64,000 nucleotides of DNA from Macrostomum lignano (lineage: Eukaryota), in assembly GCA_002269645.1 (NCBI GenBank), contig NIVC01002582.1, positions 1 to 64,000 of the forward strand, written 5' to 3'. Numbering within the stretch: the first letter of the stretch is position 1; the number at the start of each line of letters is the position of its first letter. Shown piece by piece: positions 33,773-48,700 of this stretch. A program made the translations under genes and the position numbers. The notes under the pieces were generated by a model. The model saw nothing but the letters and a program-made list of their open reading frames with translations. It did no database searches and had not been told where the DNA came from.

Positions 33773-36700
33773 ATATCCATCTCTATAAATAAATAAATCA
33801 ACCAATGAGTGAATCAATCAATCAGTCACTCGCACACCCTCCCACAACCGCAGGTGGCAGCCATTAGAATCGGCCCAATCGTTGTGAACGCCGGCCTCGC
33901 TCTTGGCCAGCCGGATCTGCACGCCATCCAAGACGCTTTCCTTCGATTGCACGACAGGCGCTTCACTCGCCTGTGGTTTCTCTGGCCAACCAAGGAACTG
34001 CCAGCCACCGGCCCGGCTCAGGTTCAGTCAGCGCATTGCGGCTGCCTCGGCGGTTGCGCCTTCTTTGGCGACAATCTGGGCGGCCAGGGATTCTATCCGG
34101 ATAATCTGGGCGCTACTAAGAATCGATTTGTACCGCGGCTTATTGATGACGGTAGAAATTCTGGGGTCGCGCAAAGCATTTTGGTGCCTAGCCAGTTCTA
34201 TTATCAGGTTAGTTTGCCATTATATGTATTTGTTATTAGTTCGGTCATTATTGCGATTTAAACTAATGGAAATTATATAAAGGGGACTTAACTTACGGCT
34301 ATAAAGTCGAATATAGAGGTCATTTGCGGCTTAATTCAAGATCATTTGGAGCTAAACTCAGGGTCAATTAATGGCTAAACTAAATGTAATTTGCGGGCAA
34401 AACATCTTTACGGGCCAAGCTAGAGGTCATTGAGACCAAGCTATCGGTCATTAGAGGCCAAGCTAGAGTTCATTAGAGATCAAGCTAGAGTTCATTAGAG
34501 GCCAAGTTAGAGTTCATTAGAGGCCAAGCTAGAGTTCATTAGAGGCCAAGCTATCGGTCATTAGAGGCCAAGTTAGAGTTCATTAGAGACCAAGCTAGAG
34601 TTCATTAGAGTCCAAGCTAGAGGTCATTAGAGGCCAAGCTAGAGGTCATTAGAAGCCAAGCTAGAGTTCATTAGAGACCAAGCTAGAGATCATTAGAGGC
34701 CAAGCTAGAGGTCATTAGAGACCAAGCTAGAGGTCATTAGAGGCCAAGCTAGAGGTCATTAGAGGCCAAGCTAGAGGTCATTAAAGGCCAAGCTAGAGGT
34801 CATTAGAGGACAAGCTAGAGGTCATTAGAGACCAAGCTAGAGGTCATTAGAGGCCAAGCTAGAGGTCATTAGAGGCCAAGCTAGAGGTCATTAGAGGCCA
34901 AGCTAACGGTCGTTATAATTTATACCATCCAGTGATGCAATGCTGAATTGTACTCAAACCTGCTCGCTATTGATATTAAACAGGCACACAGCGGCGCCCT
35001 ATGCCGACTCCAATTCGCCCATCAGCTCAGCCAAAGCGGCGGCGCCTGTTCCAACGGCAGCGCCGTTCTCGCCGCAACTGCAAACGTGTCGGTTCAGCTG
35101 CGGCAATCCCGACACATGTCGGCGTCGCTTAGCCGGATCCAGTCGGCCGAGCAGCAGCTGCTGCCCTCGTCGCCGTCGGGCACGTCGGCAGGTCAACAGC
35201 GAGACAGCGATTTGGACACTCTGCGACGCTCCTCGCAGCATCGGCAGTCGTCTAACGATTCATTGTCGCGTCGGGCTTCTTCAGCTCTGGCTGGTGATAA
35301 CGATAGCGGATCTACTTTGTCTAATATGCACAGGTGAAGATTGTTGGGGAATGAGGTGGAAAAGTTTTGAAACAGATGACTTTAGAATAGGATTTCAAAG
35401 CATTAAGAAGTGTAAGAATCGGGAAGGGGGTGATCCGGGATAGGAAAGATCTGGGAAAGGGGAAGATACGCCAAAGGAAAGAACAGGGAAGGGAATATAT
35501 GGGAAAGGGAAGATACGGGATGGAGAAACAGTAAAGGGGGAAGATCCGGGATGGGGAAAACGGTGAAGGGGGAGATCCGGGATGGGGAAAACGGTGAAGG
35601 GGGAGATCCAGGATGGGGAAGAATGGTGAAGGGGGAGATCCAGGATGGGGAAAACGGTGAAGGGGGAGATCCAGGATGGGGAAAACGGTGAAGGGGGAGA
35701 TCCAGGATGGGGAAGAATGGTGAAGGGGAAGATCCGGAATGGGGAAGAATGGTGAATGGGAAGATCCGGGATGGGGAAGAATGAAGGGGAAGATCCGGGA
35801 TGGGGAAGATCCGGAATGGGGAAGAATGGTGAAGGGGAAGATCCGGGATGGGGAAGAATGGTGAAGGGGAAGATCCGGGATGGGGAAGATCCGGGATGGG
35901 GAAGAATGAAGGGGAAGATCCGGGATGGGGAAGATCCGGAATGGGGAAGAATGGTGAAGGGGAAGATCCGGGATGGGGAAGAATGGTGAAGGGGAAGATC
36001 CGGGATGGGGAAGATCCGGGATGGGGAAGAATGAAGGGGAAGATCCGGGATGGGGAAGATCGGGAATGGGTAAGAATAGTGAAGGGGATGATCCGGGATG
36101 AGGAAGTCTCGGGAAGGGGAAGAATCGAAAGGGGAAGGAACCCTCTCAAGAGTCTCAAATGCTAAATAGCACGCCAACTTTCCCATCCTACGCCACTCCG
36201 CAGGCGCTACATGGCCGATTACACGCCGGCCTTCGACGACAGTCCGGATCGCGAGTTCGCAGTCGGGATGCCCCGGCCGACCAGCCTGTTTAGCCGGGTG
36301 TCGACGGTCACGACGGCGTCTTATAAGTCGGCCCTGATGGGCCCGGCTGGGAGCAGCGGCAGCGGAGGTGGCGGCGGCGGGCGCAGCAGCTCCACCGACC
36401 GCGGCATCGCCAGCGGCGTCGGCGAAGACGCCAGCGGCCGCGGCAGCGTGTCCAGCTTCTACACGGCGGCATCCAACTTGTCCGTCAATCGGCTGGAAAA
36501 TCTCGGCACAGCTGTCGATAATTTTGGCCAGCAGCAATACTCGATGTCAGCCGACGTAGACGGCGAAGACGACACAACGTTGATGCCGACGACACTGATC
36601 GGGGCCGGGCATTCGGCGATTCTCACATCGACATCGGGCGTAGCGGTGCCAGTCAAAGACGATGATGACGATAGCTATGCTAGCGATGCCAGCACCGAGG

Positions 36701-39700
36701 ATGGCGGCGGAGGCGACAAGCGCGGGGGCGGCGGTCGGAGCTCCAGCGGTCGGTCGGTTCGAACTGACAGTCTGTGCGGCCACTCCAGCGACGAGGACGC
36801 CGATTACGACGAAGGCGGCGCCGGCGGCGGCTTCGATAACGGATTTGGCGGAGGCGGCGGCGGCGGCGGGGACTCGCATAACTGGCTGGACTTGCACTCC
36901 CTGATGACTGGCAGTTTAATCTGCGATAATCCGCTGCTAATCCGAGCCTACCTGAGGCATCTGTCGAAATTTTCCTGCAGAAATTGGACTAGCAGAGACA
37001 GCGCCCCGGAGTTCATCATCGCCGAGGAGGGATTCTCTACCCGATTGTTAGTAGACGAAACTACTAGTAGTAGTAGTCACGATCTTGGCGCCAGTTCAAC
37101 TAGCTCCAGCTTTCACCAGCATAATAGTAGTTTTCACGAGCGTCGACCGTCGCACGATTCTTATTCGGCAGCTAGTGCGGCCGCTTCCGCCGCGGAAGCT
37201 TCCAAAACTGTTGCGGTTGTTCGCCTTCGGCGTCGCGTTGACCTTCTAGTGACACCTATAGCGCTGGAGTGCGCCAAGCGTTACGCCGATATTCTAACGC
37301 CTCTAGTAGAGACAATGTCGCCCTCTAGCATATTGGATAATTATCATTTTGCCTGCGCTTCGACTGTGTCAACTGAGAATAAGCAGAAGAAGGCGAAACA
37401 CAGCGACAAGTTGGCCGCTACGGCTGCGGCTGCTGCTGCCGAAGAGTCCAAAGCCAAGCGGCAGACTCTGCAACTGTCAGCCCAGCTGCCAAGGCTCTGC
37501 GTCTGCTTCTTGCAGATCTCTACTGTTGAAGAGCGCTTCGATTTGAGAGACTCCACTGCAGGACTCGAAGATCTGACCTGCGTATCACTGCTAGCCTTGG
37601 GTGTTGATGCCCTGTCTGTGCAAGCGGTTGTTAATAATTCTATGCGACGCTTGCGCTCGTTGCCTAGGCAACCAACTGCTGTCAGCGGTGGCGGCGGCGG
37701 CGGCGGCAGCAGCGGCGCTGCTTCAAACGAATTCGAGGAGAATGTCACCGAGCTGGTCTGTCTGGCCAGTGTCAGAAGAATTCACGGCCAGTTGAGACGG
37801 CTGACTAGAAGGAGCCGATTCTCTGAGGAGGTGCGTTCTAGGGAGGGTTCTTAATGATAATAATTGATTACACCTGCACTAATAGGCAGATGTGCAAGGC
37901 TGCGTACGGCTGTTCAGTCCAAGGACTGGGGGGGGGGGGGGGTCGCGACACACCCTCAATTGCCCGAGCTAATGCTGGCACTCATTTTACAGCTGGGTGA
38001 ACTGAAGCAATGCAGAGTTAAGGTTCTTGCACAAGGACACAAATTGTTCCAGAGGATCGAGATTCGAACCCCCGACCTTTCATTCGTGAGTCCGACGCTC
38101 TAACCACTAGGCTAAAACCCCCTCCGTAAAAAAATCCGCCCCTCAAAATCCGCTCAAATCCGCCCCTCAAAATCCGCTCAAATCCGCCCCTTAAATAAAC
38201 TCTGCTAAAATGCGCCCCTCAAAATCCGCTGAAATCCGCCCCTTTAACTCCGCTATAATCCGCTCCATCCCCTATCCTCTATCTCTAATGGCTAGTCACC
38301 AGCACCAGCAAAATCGTCTAATAAATAAGCATTGGATAAATCTGGCAACCATGTTATAACAGGTGCAACTGACGGCCATCTCGAAGTCCAGAGTGTTTTT
38401 CAACTTCGCTAGCGATCCCCAGCAACAACAACAGCAGCATCATCAGAGCATGACGGAGCAGCTTGACGCTCGAAGCGCTGGTTGGATAATGTTCGAATGC
38501 GGCTTAGAAGATCTTCGTTTGTCCGCCGTTCATCGGTCACCTTTCGCGACGGTGGCGGAGGCGCCGGCGGCGGAGGCGACAGGTCGAAATCGGCGACTCT
38601 GGGCGGCGATAACTTGGCGACTGGACCGAATGGGCACGATGATAGCTCCACTCTGGGCGGAGGTGAGCAGTTTGGTCAGGGTTTGAGTTTGAGGTCACTA
38701 TTTCAGCTACTGTATTAGCTCAACGTGCGTCAAGTCTAGGTCAAGGTTTGAGTTGGTAGGTCACCATGGGTCAAGTCTGGGTCAGAGCTTGAGTTGGTAG
38801 GTCACCATGGGTCAAGTCTGGGTCAGGGTTTGAGTTGGTAGGTCACCATGGGTCAAGTCTGGGTCAGAGTTTGAGTTGGTAGGTCACTATGGGTCAGGGT
38901 TGGAGTTGGTAGGTCACCATGGGTCAGTGTTGGAGTTGGTAAGTCATCATGGGTCAGTGTGTGAGTTGGTAGGTCACCATGGATCAGTGTGTTAGTTGGT
39001 AGGTCACCATGGATCAGTGTGTTAGTTGGTAGGTCACCATGGGTCAGTGTTGGAGTTGGTAGGTCACCATGGGTCAGTGTTGGAGTTGGTAGGTCATCAT
39101 GGGTCAGTGTTGGAGTTGGTAGGTCACCATGGGTCAGTGTTGGAGTTGGTAGGTCACCATGGGTCAGTGTTGGAGTTGGTAGGTCACTATTTCTTCATTT
39201 ATCTATCTGACTTTTTCACTCCCACTGCAGGCACCGCCACGTCAGCTTCGGCAGCTGCCGTAGCAGCAGCAGCAGTCGCTGCAGCGGCCGCCGCTTCTGG
39301 TGTCGGCGACCATCCAGACATTGACGTTGAAGCTTCCACGGCTGGTCTCTCCTCGCATCAGCAGCAGCAGCAGAACCGACGGAAATCTTCCAATGTTGAT
39401 CCCGCAGCAACCGCAGCCGCCGCGGCTGCAGCAGCAGCGGCAGCAGCAGACGTGGACGTCGACGCAAACGACTTGGACGAGCCCGGCGACCCGACATCCT
39501 CGGAGTTCAACTCTCGAGTAGCCATCCGCACAGTTTGGCTTCGATTCGCTGCCCCGCCTCAATTGCCTAATAAACGTCGGATCGACCTTGATAGAAAGCA
39601 GTGGAATCTTTTGAGCACAATGACTCCAACCATTGGTGCTTGGATGAACCCGGCTGATGCTCTGATCTCCTCACTCACCGCGATGCGCAGAGCCGCCGAT

Positions 39701-42700
39701 CACAGGAACCTGGCTGTACTAGCCTGCCTCATGACCAACTGCGTGGCCAGTCAGAGTAAAAATCCATTCGATCCGGGAGCAATGTTCTTCGGTCGGCACT
39801 ACGATAGCAACCGGACTCCCATGGCGCACGCCCTGGTGATCTCTCCATCCTGCTTCTTGTTCACTGTGCTGCGCCACTATTTAGGCAACCTAACCCAGCA
39901 GGAGCGCGACGAAGTACTGGCTGCACTTTCCGAACGTGCCGGCGTTCCAACCACGCTAGAATTGCAGAACGGCCTGTTCGCTCTGACGCATCAGTGGAGC
40001 CGGCATATATTCGATATTCAATATAAACGATTGATTCGACTGGGCGATCTTACACAAGACGATATTGCCAGATTTGGCGGACAGAAGACTGTTCAACGAT
40101 TGAGAACTGCCGCGCCGTTTAGCGAGCGCAAAGCACTGGCTATGCGATTAATGAGCCAATTGGTTAGCCAGCAGAATAGCTTGACTGTCAATGTGGCTTT
40201 GCCAACTACCGATCTGGAGTCCAGGATGCCGCCGCCGCCGCCTCAATCGCCGATGCAATTGCCTCAGGTTAGTATAATAATGATTACATTTTGTCATTTT
40301 CCATACATATCGGCAAATACTTGACTTTCGAAACATATCGGTAAATATTTAAAAGTTTCGATACATATAGGCGAATATTTAAAACTTTCGATACATATCG
40401 GCAAATTGTTTAAAACCTCCGATCGAAAGAGGCGAATATTTAAAATTTTCGATACATGGGTAACTATTTCATTTTTGGTAGATATCGTCAAATATTTAAA
40501 TGTTTCGATACATATCGGTGAATAATTAGAACTTTCGATGTATATCTAATCAGCAAATCATTAAAAAATTTCTATTTATAACTGCAAAAGTTTACAAGCG
40601 TAGAAATTTCGAAAAACATAGGCAATTATATTGAAAACTTTCCTGTATGTATCGGTGAATGTTAAAATTTTCGATACATATCGGCAAATAAAGTTATTTT
40701 CGATTGTCACTGCAAATTAAAACTCAATATATTGTTCTCTTATCCCATTTTTTCAAGATGGTTGACATTGTCGATGAAGAGACGGCTGGCCAGCAGGCCG
40801 GCTCTGACATGTACCACGAGATGGCCGAGGCGACTCGCCGGGCTCGAGGCGAACGCGAGCGCGAGCGTCAGCGCCTCGTAGCCGCACAAGAGGCCGCTTT
40901 GGAGCAGCAGCAGCAGTTTGGCGCGGCCGATGGCGATCAGCAGGAGCGCGGACCGGTGCTGTTCCGACCGCTGCTTGACGTGGCTAGCCTGCACGTTAAG
41001 GTGCGATAGTTATATATCTTTCAAAACATATCGGCAATTTACTCTTGTGTCGCAGATTTTTCTACAAACATTTTGTATAAAAAACTCGATGGGCCTATTT
41101 TAACAGCAGTGTATAATTTCATATTCGCTTGAAAAAATTATCTTTTAAGAAAATTTGATACATATCGGCTATAATGAAAAAAGATTTTTCTAAATTTATT
41201 TTAATAATTTTGATCTTAATACTACTATTATTAATATTTTAATACTACTATTTTCCTATAGTAGTAGAACTGAACTTTTTCTGATAAATTTTAATTTAGA
41301 CCAAACCGATCAAAGCAAACTTCAATAGAAATGTTTTCGATACATATCGGCAAATTAAGTTTTTTCGTATCTCTTATCTAGGGCGTTCGCCGCACAACTC
41401 TAATGAAAAAATTCGGCGGCAGCCTATCCACCACCTTCGTATTGGACACATTCCGCATCGATATTGTCGAATCGTTCGCTAGGAACCCCCTGTTAGCGGC
41501 TTCCGGTTCTGGCAAGACGCCAACTGCACCAGCCTCGACTGGCGCCCCTGGCCTGGCGCCGATGCCGCTGCCAACTATTCGAGTCAAGCGCGGCGCCGCG
41601 GCCGCCTCAGGCGAGACCGCATTCCGTTGCAACACCTTTGTTGTTCGGCTAGCCCTCAGCGACGTTGTCGATTTAACGTCAGTCGATACGTCGAATTTAA
41701 ATCCGGGCGATTTCAATATTCGCGGCACTACAACTCGAATGTACTGCACTGTCACAGTGGACGCGCTAGAGCAGTACGTTCGCACTCCTCTGTTGCGTCT
41801 GGTGCACCAGTTCGTCACTATGATCTATCATATACACGATCAACGGGAAGAGATTGAGACCAGACATAGCGGAGTGGGCAGGCACGGCGGGGTTGCCGCC
41901 GGAAGCGGCAGCGGAAGTGGCGGCGGCGGCGGCGCTGGCGGCCTAGGCTACAGCTCAATGTCGTCTAAGAAGGCCAGCTATCAGAAGCACAAGAAGCAGG
42001 ACTCGAAGGTTTGTGGTGTAAACTGAGGGGCAGTCCAAAAAAATACTTTGAGTTCCTAGATCGCAATTCATATTACAGATCCCAACAATGAATTCTTATT
42101 CGGATCCCAGATCCCAGCTACCAACCTCATCTTTCATCTCAACCCCATTTTTGATCCCAACCTCATTTTAGATCCCCATCCCATCTTACATCCCAACCCC
42201 ATCTCAGATCCCCATTCCATCCCAGATCCCAATCCCATCCCAGATCCCAACCCCATCCCAGATCCCAATCCCATCCCAGATCCCAACCCCATCCCAGATC
42301 CCAATCCCATCCCAGATCCCAACCCCATCCCAGATCCCAACCCCATCCCAGATCCCAACCCCATCTTAGATCCCAACCCCATCCCAGACCCCAACCCCAT
42401 CCCAGATCCTAATGCACCGAAGCAATAGAATCATCCCTGGCAACAAAACTGTTGACATGGGATGCAGTTTAAGGGATTTTGGGGGATTTGATTTTCAAAA
42501 AGAAACAAATCCAACAACGCATTTTGCAGGGCTCCTCGTCAACTAATCGAAGCACTCTGCCATCGAATCGCAGCGCCAAAGGCTCCAGCGGCGGCGGCAT
42601 CAGCGATGTCGGCCTGCCGTCGCCGAGCGACTCGTCCAATCGGGAATTCGCGCCCGAAGCTCGCGCCCTGTGCTGGAACCTGCTAGACGACTTCATCAAC

Positions 42701-45700
42701 TGGTATAGGAAAGGTCGAGTCGTGATCGGCGGTGACACAGTTGCTAAGCAGAAACAGCTGCGCCCGATTCAAGAAGATCCGGAGGCTTCAGCTGCTGCCG
42801 CCACCGCCGCCGCTGCCGCGGTTGGTCAACAGTCTGAAGGTGTCGATCTCGACGGGCTCGAAGACGAATCCTCGGACGTTGTTGGGCCTCAGCTGGTTCG
42901 ATCGCAGGGCAGCTTCAAGCATCAGCATCCTTATCAGCATCAGGCCTCGAGCAACAGTCAGCAGCACAGGCGGACTCCGTCGCATCGAGTCTGCTACTAC
43001 AGTCCAGTACGGACTCCGCTGTTGATTCTGTTGTCATTCAAAATCCAGCGCGTGTTGATCAAAGCCAACATCAGAGAGTTGACCCTGGATCTGGAGGTCA
43101 ACTCGGCTCACGGGATGTTCAGCTTTCGCAAAACTGCCAAACAGAAGCACCGCGAGATGGCCTTTCAAACTTGTACTAGTCTACATATCGGCGAGACTAA
43201 AGGCCGGTTTGTTGAAGCCTTCAAAGCCTCGGAGCAGGTTGTCTGCCAACTGACTGTGCACAAGTCGCACGCTTCGTTGCCTTATAATCGAAATCTAAGC
43301 GTTCGCGGTATCAACGAGAAATCGTCTTTGTACATCGGTTTGGGTCGCATAGAGATTCGAATACCGCATCATCCCGTGATGCTGCACGATGTTGTCCAAC
43401 GGAGCAGCAAGATTATGACGTCAGAGTTGCAGGAGTTTATGATGCCGCCGCAGTTGGCTAAGGCTAAAGCTTCCGCGCCTATGTCGCCTGCTGACATGTC
43501 TAATAGTGCTCGGTATGGATATGGGTAACCTGGGTATCTGATTTCCTGGGTATCTGCTTGTCTGGGTATCTGATTTCCTGCTGGGTATCTGCTTGTCTGG
43601 GTATCTGATTTCCTGGGTATCTGCTTTTCTAGGTATCTGATTTACTGGGTATCTGCTTGTCTGGGTATCTGCTTGTCTGGGTATCTGATTTCTTGGGTAT
43701 ATGCTTGTCTGGGTATCTGATTTCCTGGGTATCTGCTTGTCTGGGTATCTGATTTCCTGCTGGGTATCTGCTTGTCTGGGTATCTGATTTCCTGGGTATC
43801 TGCTTTTGGGTATCTGATTTACTGGGTATCTGCTTGTCTGGGTATCTGCTTGTCTGGGTATCTGATTTCTTGGGTATCTGCTTGTCTGGGTATCTGATTT
43901 CCTGGGTATCTGCTTGTCTGGGTATCTGATTTCCTGGGTATCTGCTTGTCTGGGTATCTGATTTTCTTGCTGGGTATCTGCTTGTCTGGGTATCTGATTT
44001 CCTGGGTATCTGCTTTTGGGTATCTGATTTCCTGGGTATCTGCTTTTCTAGGTATCTGATTTACTGGGTATCTGCTTGTCTGGGTATCTGCTTGTCTGGG
44101 TATCTGATTTCTTGGGTATCTGCTTGTCTGGGTATCTGATTTCTTGGGTATCTGCTTGTCAGGGTATCTGATTTCCTGCTGGGTATCTGCTTGTCTGGGT
44201 ATCTGATTTCCTGGGTATCTGCTTTTGGGTATCTGATTTCCTGGGTATCTGCTTTTCTAGGTATCTGATTTACTGGGTATCTGCTTGTCTGGGTATCTGC
44301 TTGTCTGGGTATCTGATTTCTTGGGTATCTGCTTGTCTGGGTATCTGATTTCTTGGGTATCTGCTTGTCTGGGTATCTGATTTCCTGCTGGGTATCTGCT
44401 TGTCTGGGTATCTGATTTCCTGGGTATCTGCTTTTGGGTATCTGATTTCCTGGGTATCTGCTTTTCTAGGTATCTGATTTACTGGGTATCTGCTTGTCTG
44501 GGTATCTGATTTCCTGCTGGGTATCTGCTTGTCTGGGTATCTGATTTCCTGGGTATCTGATTTCCTGGATATCTGATTTCCTGGGTATCTGCTTGGCTGG
44601 GTATCTGATTTCCTGCTGGGTATCTGCTTGTCTAGGTATCTGATTTCCTGCTGGGTATCTGCTTTCCTGGGTATCTGATTTCCTGGGTATCTGATTTCCC
44701 ATGGGTACCTCCTTCCCTGGGTATCTCCTTCCCAAGGTATCTAATTTCCTAGGTATCTGCTTGTTTGGGTATCTAAGTTCCTGGGTATCTAAGTTTTTTG
44801 GTAACACTTCTTAATGTGTTCACTTTCTGTGTATATTCTTTCAAGTCTTTCTAGTAATTATTAATATAGACCAGTATCTATTTTTGCACTACCCCATTTA
44901 GTTCCTACTTGAAAAACAGAATTCATTTTTTATCCCACGCAACTCTCCCGAGCAGATTGAGCTCGCCTCCTGGCGGCGACAGAGTCGACTCGGCGGCGCC
45001 AAAACAGCCGGGCTCCTCGGCTTCGGGCGCCGCTGGCGCCGCCACCGGTTCAAGCGGTGCCGCGGCCTTCGCAGCAGCAGCCGCAGCCGCCGGCGGCACC
45101 GCCGCCTCCTCTGCCGCGGCAAACCCGGCAGCTGCCGCCGCTGCATCGGCTGACAGAGCGGAGCTGAAAGAGCCGCCGTTACGCGTGAAGGTCAAAGCTC
45201 AACTAGCCGGCCTGATGATCGAAGCCGCTCTGAACTCCAGTTTATGCGCTAGATACGAAATCGATCCAATTAGTCTAATTGGTCAGGTGGGACCGTGCAC
45301 CAGATTCCAGATGCTAGTTCCGGCTCAGAGTCTGCAATTCTCCATCAATTCGTCTAGTAGCGGCGGACTGCTCAATCGAGATCCGGACATACCGAACTCG
45401 GTTCGGGTGGCCTTCCCGTCTTGCTACCTGGTGACTGAGCACCGGCCCTACGAATTGGAAGACGATATTGGCAAGGACGATCTCACTCAGGGATTGAAAT
45501 ATGTGTCTGGCGGCTTCTTGGATGTTCAGGTGAGAGATTTGTGTTATAGAGATTTCAGGTGAGACTAGAGTAGATTTATTGGGGTGAGATTTGTGTTATA
45601 GAGATTTCAAGGTGAGATTAGAGTAGATTTATTGGGGTGAGATTTGTGTTATAGAGATTTCAGGTGAAACTAGAGTAGATTTATTGGGGTGAGATTTGTG

Positions 45701-48700
45701 CTATAGAGATTTTTCAAGGTGAGACTAGAGTAGATTTATAGGGGCGAGATTTGTATTATAGAGATTTCAGGTGAGACTAGAGTAGATTTATTGGGGTGAG
45801 ATTTGTGTTATAGAGATTTCAAGGTGAGATTAGAGTAGATTTATTTGGGTGAGATTTGTGCTATAGAGATTTTTCAAGGTGAGACTAGAGTAGATTTATA
45901 GAGGCGAGATATGTGTTTTTGTATCTTTTGTGTCTTTGTATCTCGGGGTGAGATTTGTATCTCACCTAGAGATGTCTGGTGAGATTAGAGTTGATTAATT
46001 TAGCGGTGAGAATTGAGATAACGCAAACCTACATAGTAGGAATATATTGATTATGTTAATATATATATACAAAAAACCTTTGCTGCAGGCTCGAGTTGAA
46101 AAATTTCGTCACACGGTGTCTACCAGCGATCTCTACTATCTAATCATTGTTGTCCGCGTGTTCATGAAAGAGATTAACGAAATTATTCAAAAGATGGCTG
46201 GCGATGCTGCAGCCGCTAACAATCTGGAGCAGGACGAGCAACAGCAGCAACAGCAGCAGCAGCAACAGTCTTCAACGCGTGCCCAGCAGCAACAGCAGCA
46301 ACATCAGCCTCTTCTACTAACTACTCAAACTTCATTTGGGGCCAACAACAGTCCCGGGTTTCTCAGCAGCGTTCTGTTCAATTTTAACGCAGTCTTTCGC
46401 GGCATCCGAGTGTCCGCCACGAGTCCGTCTTCGTCCGAGATTAAATATAAATCTGGCGAATTCTCTGTTCAGGTTAGTTTTGTGGGGCGTCCCGACGGCC
46501 CATCTGACTCCCTATCTTGACGGCCTGACACCCTATCTTGATGGATCTGACACCCAATCTTGACGGCCTGACACCCTATCTTGACGGCCTGACACCCCAT
46601 CTTAATGGATCTGACACCCAATCTTGACGGCCTGACACCCTATCTTGACGGCCTGACACCCCATCTTAATGGATCTGACACCCAATCTTGACGGCCTGAC
46701 ACCCTATCTTGACGGCCTGACACCCCATCTTAATGTATCTGACACCCTATCTTGACGGCTTGACATCCTATCTTGACGGCCTGACACCCTATCTTAATGT
46801 ATCTGACACCCAATCTTGACGGCCTGACACCCTATCTTGACGGCCTGACACCCCATCTTGATGGATCTGACACCCAATCTTGACGGCCTGACACCCTATC
46901 TTGACGGCCTGACACCCCATCTTAATGTATCTGACACCCTATCTTGACGGCTTGACATCCTATCTTGACGGCCTGACACCCTATCTTAATGTATCTGACA
47001 CCCAATCTTGACGGCCTGACACCCTATCTTGACGGCCTGACACCCCATCTTAATGTATCTGACACCCTATCTTGACGGCTTGACATCCTATCTTGACGGC
47101 CTGACACCCTATCTTAATGTATCTGACACCCAATCTTGACGGCCTGACACCCTATCTTGACGGCCTGACACCCCATCTTGATGGATCTGACACCCAATCT
47201 TGACGGCCTGACACCCTATCTTGACGGCCTGACACCCCATCTTAATGTATCTGACACCCTATCTTGACGGCTTGACATCCTATCTTGACGGCCTGACACC
47301 CTATCTTGACGGCCTGACACCCCATCTTGATGGATCTGACGCTTCATCTTGACAGCCTGACACCCCATCTTGATGGATCTGACACCCCACCTTGATGGAT
47401 CTGACACCTCATCTTGACAGCCTGACACCCCATCCTGACAGATCTGACACCCCATCCTGACAGATCTGACACCCAATCCTGACAGATCTGACACCCCATC
47501 CTGACGAATCTGACACACTACATGTATCTTGACTAACCCCTGACACCTGACGCCTTCTACATGTATGCTCAATAACTAATTTAGGTGTCCAACCGAGTGC
47601 AATCTGAGCAAGAGTTCGTGCAACAGGCCAGCAACGAGTTATTCTTCAAAGCCAATCTCCCACTGCGGCTGGAACTCAACAGTCCGTTGAGCACGTTGGC
47701 CTTCTTCTACACTCAGATTCGGGCCAGGAATAACATGGTTACGGAGAGGACTAGCGGACAGAATCAGAAGGCGTTCCTGTTCTCTGTACATCGGCCTCAC
47801 GTGAGTCTAAATTCTGATATTCAATCTATTATGTGAATGGATTTTTTATCTCGTGAATGCCGACTCTCCGATCCCGTGAATGCCTATTAGCAAATCCCGT
47901 GAATGCCAATTAGCAAATCCCATGAATGCCAATTAGCAAATCCCATGAATGCCAATTAGCAAATCCCGTGAATGCCAATTAGCAAATCCCGTGAATACCG
48001 ATAAGCAAATCCCGTGAATGCCGACTAGCAAATTCCCTGAATACCGATAAGCAACTCCTGTGAATGCCAATTAGCAAATCCCATGAATGCCAATTAGTAA
48101 CTCCCGTGAATACTGATTTGCAAATCCCGTGAATGCTGATTAACAGATCCCATAAATATCAATAGCAAATCCGTGAATGCCAAGTAGCAAATCCCGTGAA
48201 TGCCAATTAGCAAATCCCATGAATGCCAATTAGTAACTCCCGTGAATACTGATTTGCAAATCCCGTGAATGCTGATTAACAGATCCCATAAATATCAATA
48301 GCAAATCCGTGAATGCCAAGTAGCAAATCCCGTGAATGCCAATTAGCAAATCCCATGAATGCCAATTAGTAACTCCCGTGAATACTGATTTGCAAATCCC
48401 GTGAATGCTGATTAACAGATCCCATAAATATCAATAGCAAATCCGTGAATGCCAAGTAGCAAATCCCGTGAATGCCAATTAGCAAATCCCATGAATGCCA
48501 ATTAGTAACTCCCGTGAATACTGATTTGCAAATCCCGTGAATGCTGATTAACAGATCCCATAAATATCAATAGCAAATCCGTGAATGCCAAGTAGCAAAT
48601 CCCGTGAATGCCAATTAGCAAATCCCATGAATGCCAATTAGTAACTCCCGTGAATACTGATTTGCAAATCCCGTGAATGCTGATTAACAGATCCCATAAA

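Noticed and set aside
43528-44790. U12-type donor sites in the GGGTATCT repeat
   Set aside because: U12 consensus is GTATCCTT; the repeat has GTATCTG.
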